Part shown: positions 59,701 through 64,000 of the stretch, one piece after another
Numbering within the stretch: the stretch's first letter is position 1
Layout of the letters: every line of letters begins with the position of its first letter
Assembly (NCBI GenBank): GCA_951406725.2
Contig: OX597833.1
Location: 38,130,001 to 38,194,000 of the forward strand
DNA length: 64,000 nucleotides
Origin: Octopus vulgaris
Lineage: Eukaryota
Direction: 5' to 3'
Made by a program: the position numbers and the translations under genes
The notes under the pieces: generated by a model
What the model was told of the DNA's origin: nothing
Databases searched by the model: none
The model's input: only the letters and a program-made list of their open reading frames with translations

Positions 59701-62700
59701 TCAAACTGTAGTGGAGAGGACACACACACGAGATACTGTTTCTTTCAGTTTCTGTCAACCAAATCCACTCACAAGGCTTTGGTTAGTCCAAGGCTATAGT
59801 AGAGGAGACTTGCCCAAGATGCTACATAGTGGGACTGAACCTAGAACCATGTGGTTGGGAAACAAGCTTCTTACCACACAGCCATGCTCGTGCTTATGCC
59901 AGCAAAATAGGGACTGTCTATAACAAATACTCCAACAGCTGAATCACTTACACAGCACAGACACAGAAGTGCCCCAATAGGTGAAACCCCTATCAATACA
60001 AACATTCTAAGCTCAAATTCCACTGAGGCTGACTTTGCTTTTCATCCTTTCAGGGTCATTAAAAGTACCAGTTGAACACTGGTCAATGTGATCAACTTAC
60101 CCCTCTCCCAAAACTGCTGGCATTGTGCTAAAATTTGAAACCGTTGTTGTTGTTGTTGCTGACAGAATTATTAACATACTGGACAAAATGCTTTGTAGCA
60201 TTTCTTCCAGCTTTATGTACTGAGTTTAAATTCTGCCAGGGTTGACTTAGCCTTTCATCCTTTTGAGGTGGGGGTCAATGTAATCAACTATGCCTCTCCC
60301 CACAAATTTTCAGGCCTTCTGCTTATAGTTGAAAGGATTATTTCTATGCTGGATCTGTCTAATCAGCCAATAACAGATACATAATATCCAATGAACCATG
60401 ATGAAGACCAAAATCACTGGTTTTCATCAATTACTGATAGACAAACATATATATGAATAAATGTTGAAAGTATTATTCACTATATACATCATCATCAACA
60501 TTTAATATCCATTTTCCATGCTGGCATGGGTTGGATGGCTTTACAAGAACTGGTAAGGCCAGGGGCTACACCAGGTCCCATAGTCTTGGTTTCTACAACT
60601 TGATGCCCTTCCTAACGTCAACCATTCCACAGAGTGTACTGGGTGCTTTTTATGTGGCACCAGCACCAGTGCTTTCTGGATCACAATTCTGTTGTGGTGG
60701 GTAGTTCTTCTCAAGTACAACAATATGCCACATATCTCAGTCCTCAGTCATCTGCATAAGGTTCAGCATTTTGAGTAATGTAATGTATTAACCCTTTCGT
60801 TACCAAACCGCCCAAAGCCGCCCGAAAAAAATTTTGGTTTATGAAACCAAACTGCCCAAAGCCACCCGAATTTACCTATTCATATTTAAATGAGAATATC
60901 AGAGCAAATCTTTTCAGTACATTCGTGAAAACACGTATTATACTTCGTAAACAGTTCAACTACAGTTTTGTACAATAATCGAAGTGTAATTTTAATTCCG
61001 TGAATTTTGGGAGATTTTTTTCCGAAATTTGTTCCTATTGTGTTTTCAAAATTTGTAATTCTGACAAAAAATGGATACGAATTTCATTATATCAAGCAGC
61101 GAGTCAGCATTCGAAGGATTTTCTACTGAAGACCTTCATAAATCTAGCTCTATGACTGAAAAAAAAAAGCACATGGTATTTGATAATGAATTTGATGTTT
61201 CATTTTCCGAAAGTGAAAACAGTGAATCTGAGATCTCCGATAGCGATAAAGAAAACGAATTGGCACCTGAATGGAGTGAAAATTTAAAAACTGTTTCTTT
61301 CGGTGATTTTTCTGCAGAAACTGGACCAAGCCACAGACTTTCCCAGAAGGGTAAAGCCTTAGGCTATTTCTATTTACTTTTTTGAATGAGCCTATTTGAA
61401 ATCATTACAGCGAAAACGAACCGTTACGCTAAACGTAAACAAAACGAAAGAAAGGATAGTTTGTTATTTCCTACAACCTTAAATGAAATTAAGGCCTATT
61501 TTGCCATAAATATTATTATGGGTATCAGAAAGTTACCCAGAATAACAAATTCTATCGTAAAATTTTGTTGTATACCCAATTGAATATTAGCTAATATTTT
61601 CTATAGCGATGTTTGAACAAAATTTTAATAATTTTATATTTTGTGGAATTTACCTGTATCTACCTGCAAATAGAGTCACTTTGTGACAAAAATTATAGTA
61701 TAGAATTGGTTGAGAATATTTCATTAAATTATCTTCCAAAAATCAGATTAATATATCGATAAATAAAAAAGTTATAGTTGTTTAATGAAACCAGACTAAA
61801 TTTATGATTACGTTAGAAATTAATTGAAACACATAAGGGGTGTAATTTGGTCAGAAATATAGTAACGAAAGGGTTTTTAACAAAAGAGTGATTTGAGTCT
61901 ACCCCTCCCACCAAATTTGAAGCTTTGTGCTAATATTAGAAATAACATCATTATTTTTCAGTAATCTTATTTGTGCTGCACGTTTTCATTGCACTACTGT
62001 GCTGTTATGGCTTTGGTTTAGTTTTTTTCTGTTTTATTGAAAATATTTGAAGTAATATGTGTACAATACCTAGAGTAGTGCTATTTTCTGTTGTTTATAT
62101 TTATGTCCTGGGAGTTTTAGTTATGTTCTGCATGTTTTTTTAATCAATTCAATGACACCTATTATTATAGGGATTGTTTCTGTTATCAAAATCCTTACTT
62201 TCTGGTTATCCCTATTTTCAGATGCATCTCTGTATCTTCTTACTTGTTTCAATCATTAGACTGCGACCATGTTGGGGCACTGCCTTGAAGAATTTTTAGT
62301 TGAATGAATTGACTCCAATACTTAATGTTTGTTAAGCTTGGTACTTATTCTATTGGTCTCTTTTGCCAAACCTCTAAGTGATGGAGATGTAAACACACCA
62401 ACACCAGTCGTTAAGTGGTAGTTGGGGAGAAACACACACACACATATATATGTATGATGGGCTTCTTTCAGTTTCCATCTACCAGATCTGCCCACAAGGC
62501 TTTGGTTGGCCTGAGGCTATAGCAGAAGACACTTGCCAAAGGTGCCACACACTAGGATTGAACCCAGAGCCATGTGGTTGGGAAGCAAGCTTTTTACCTC
62601 ACAGCCACACCTGTGCCTATTATTTATATTTGATTTATATCTTTGAGCGATACATTTTCATCTGTTGGGACTGCTGTTTTAATTCAGAGGTTTTTCTTTT

Positions 62701-63417
62701 CCTGTCCTTGACAACAATGCCTGATAGATTAGACTTGATCCTTCTATTTCTTTGGATTGGTCACTTGATATTTTTCTGAGCTTTTTTCTAGTGTATGTTT
62801 ATGTTACCACTCTTTCTTGTTGGTGCATCACAACTGGCATAATTTCCTGTGCCAGGTGATGAGAGGCTAAAATGTGACAAAGCAACAGAAACAGGTGTGT
62901 TGTTGTAGAGGAAATACATGCTTACCCAGTCAAAGAGAGAGAGTGAGTGAAGGATCAAGAATGGAAGAGAGAGTGGAAGAGAGCGAGAGGATGAGAGTGC
63001 AAAAGATGTGTTATATAAAGGGTGATGAGGATTGTCAGTATGTTCTTTCAATAATCAAACCATTCCACTTTTGCTAGTCTCCAAGCACCCTTTTTCACTC
63101 AACTTGAAAACATCAACAATTCACTTTTGCATCTTTGCTTTACCTGGAATATTAGATGAAACAGAAGACTCACTCTTCACCATCATAACATTTTTATTTT
63201 ATTTTATTTTTTGTTTTCTATTTTCAGATATTACAACAGTATGTTTGATCTTGGAGAACTAATTGGTGTGGATTATATTCCGGGTGGTGATGTAGAGAAC
63301 CTTACACTTTCAAAACAAGTCCTCCTCTTGACTAACATATCTACAGTTTTGGCACAGACACTCTTTGAATTAGGTACTGGTCAAAAGGGATCTCATATAA
63401 AAGCAAACAGTTCTATA
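46111..63417 (+). CDS. NCSTN: Nicastrin (gamma-secretase subunit), partial: join(46111..46209,48111..48234,49736..49863,51970..52112,53291..53548,55048..55209,56648..56884,58779..58948,63228..63417); continues right of the window
   Basis: Spliced translation has [108 protein letters not shown]. All introns are GT-AG and in phase. Confidence 0.96.
48111..48234 (+). CDS. NCSTN: NCSTN exon (124 nt)
   Basis: tttcag / gtaagt; [26 protein letters not shown]. Confidence 0.94.
49330..49680. repeat. Two diverged tandem copies of a ~180-bp intronic unit
   Basis: GTTATTAYAGTGGTA..AATAAATCYGA..AAAATAGTGCAGG..AGAGCTTTACTGT..CACTCTGCTTTTCA starting at 49330 and 49512. Confidence 0.85.
49736..49863 (+). 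CDS. NCSTN: NCSTN exon (128 nt)
   Basis: ctgcag / gtaaga; [14 protein letters not shown]. Confidence 0.94.
50274..50575 (-). mobile_element. RTE ORF fragments
   Basis: [31 protein letters not shown] on the minus strand. Confidence 0.85.
50576..50790. repeat. Compound (TA)n/(TG)n microsatellite
   Basis: Direct reading. Confidence 0.9.
51970..52112 (+). CDS. NCSTN: NCSTN exon (143 nt)
   Basis: ctgtag / gtaagt; [25 protein letters not shown]. Confidence 0.95.
52980..53198. mobile_element. Hairpin MITE (~80-bp arms)
   Basis: GTGACGTATATTTGCC..AGGAGGACATCTC is mirrored by GAGGTGTCCTCCT..GGCAAATATACGTCAC. Confidence 0.9.
53291..53548 (+). CDS. NCSTN: NCSTN exon (258 nt)
   Basis: attcag / gtagct; CYERYN..PLCAAEL..CMRRS..CDPL..VIIAGSR. 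Confidence 0.93.
54527..54815. mobile_element. hAT (Charlie-like) MITE
   Basis: CAGTGTTTCCCAAC / GTTGGGTATCACTG ends; 8-bp TSD GGTTAGAA / GGTTAGGA. Confidence 0.8.
55048..55209 (+). CDS. NCSTN: NCSTN exon (162 nt)
   Basis: ctctag / gtaagt; [16 protein letters not shown]. Confidence 0.95.
55623..55704 (+). ncRNA. Type I hammerhead ribozyme motif in a Penelope-type fragment, sense within an NCSTN intron
   Basis: CATC CTGATGA [long helix II: GGGGAGTGTCA..TAATATGA-AATATA-TCATATTA..TGGCACGTCTCT] GAAAC AGCCC GTA GATG; preceded by a perfect 24-bp-arm palindrome at 55525-55573. Confidence 0.7.
56022..56316 (+). mobile_element. RTE 3'-tail copy with ~3 array modules (older tails ~48825-49019, 55260-55520, 60488-60775)
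   Basis: Near-identical to 3010-3308. Confidence 0.9.
56648..56884 (+). CDS. NCSTN: NCSTN exon (237 nt) with the DYIGS motif
   Basis: aattag / gtaaga; [22 protein letters not shown]. Confidence 0.96.
57001..57277. mobile_element. hAT MITE
   Basis: CAGAGGCTCCCAAA / TTTGGGAACCACTG ends; 8-bp TSD TTTTAGGG / TTTTAGAG. Confidence 0.8.
58108..58641 (-). mobile_element. Internally deleted Tc1/mariner-superfamily element
   Basis: ~50-bp near-perfect TIRs CAGGGTCAGGCAAAATGATCT.. flanked by TA; N-terminal [46 protein letters not shown]. Confidence 0.9.
58779..58948 (+). CDS. NCSTN: NCSTN exon (170 nt)
   Basis: tttcag / gtaagt; [24 protein letters not shown]; absent from the ORF track. Confidence 0.95.
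60792..61873 (+). mobile_element. Internally deleted piggyBac element
   Basis: TTAA|CCCTTTCGTTAC ... GTAACGAAAGGG TIRs; acidic N-terminus, then [26 protein letters not shown] (piggyBac transposase N-terminal block) with a stop. Confidence 0.88.
63228..63417 (+). CDS. NCSTN: NCSTN exon (190 nt)
   Basis: tttcag / gtaagt; [19 protein letters not shown]. Confidence 0.94.
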
Positions 63418-64000
63418 GTAAGTTATTTGAAATATCACAATTTTTTGAAGTGGTTTTTTTCTTTTTTAAGTGGGTGGTAGGTACATAGACATTTTATGAG
63501 TGAGTAACCTGGGTTTATCAAAGTTTGGCTTGTCATGCAAGCAGGACTAAAGTGGATTGATTGATTGACTTTTACTGATCAGGGACCTTTGGTTAATGAG
63601 TAAATGTACTCACATTGATCTCATTGTATCAGATCTACAAGAGGGTGCTGAAAAGTTACTGGCTTTAAGAGTATTGCAAAAGGCCTGGTTGGAAGCCCAA
63701 TCTTCCCAGTTCCTTTACAGGGCTTAGAAAAACTGAAGGACTGCTGCAATAAGAGTGTGAGTCTGGGAGGGGAATATATTGAATAAAATCATAATTAACT
63801 GATCTTTTATTTCCTTTTACCCAGAGCCAGGAATATCCCAGCACCTCCTTGTACATTATCTTGGAAAGATATTCAGGGGTAACTTGTATTATCTGAGCTC
63901 CCACATTAGGATATTTGAGTTAAATGTTTCAAGGTAATGAAATGGTTATAATATATCCGGTGGTTTTGTTTAGATTGGTGACTTCTCAATGACATCTGTT

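Overview
AT-rich, repeat-dense animal genomic DNA. The SINE/RTE repertoire suggests an octopus or other coleoid cephalopod (inference). Two intron-rich genes point away from each other. Checkpoint kinase 1 (CHEK1) is on the minus strand: 7 coding exons between 17597 and 5762, continuing past the left edge. Nicastrin (NCSTN) is on the plus strand: 9 well-supported exons between 46111 and 63417 plus 3 tentative signal-peptide exons, continuing past the right edge. Introns and intergenic DNA hold a young RTE-clade LINE with an open ORF (endonuclease end + RT with an in-frame PHD-like finger). Its 3' UTR carries an array of 11 structured ~61-bp units. Also present: many truncated copies of that LINE, an L1/Tx1 remnant, Tigger, Tc1/mariner, piggyBac, hAT, Merlin-like and Helitron elements, foldback MITEs, tRNA-derived SINEs, and three Penelope-type insertions with minimal hammerhead ribozyme motifs, one fused to a tRNA-derived Pol III head. 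All calls were made by eye, and comparisons to human genes are from memory.
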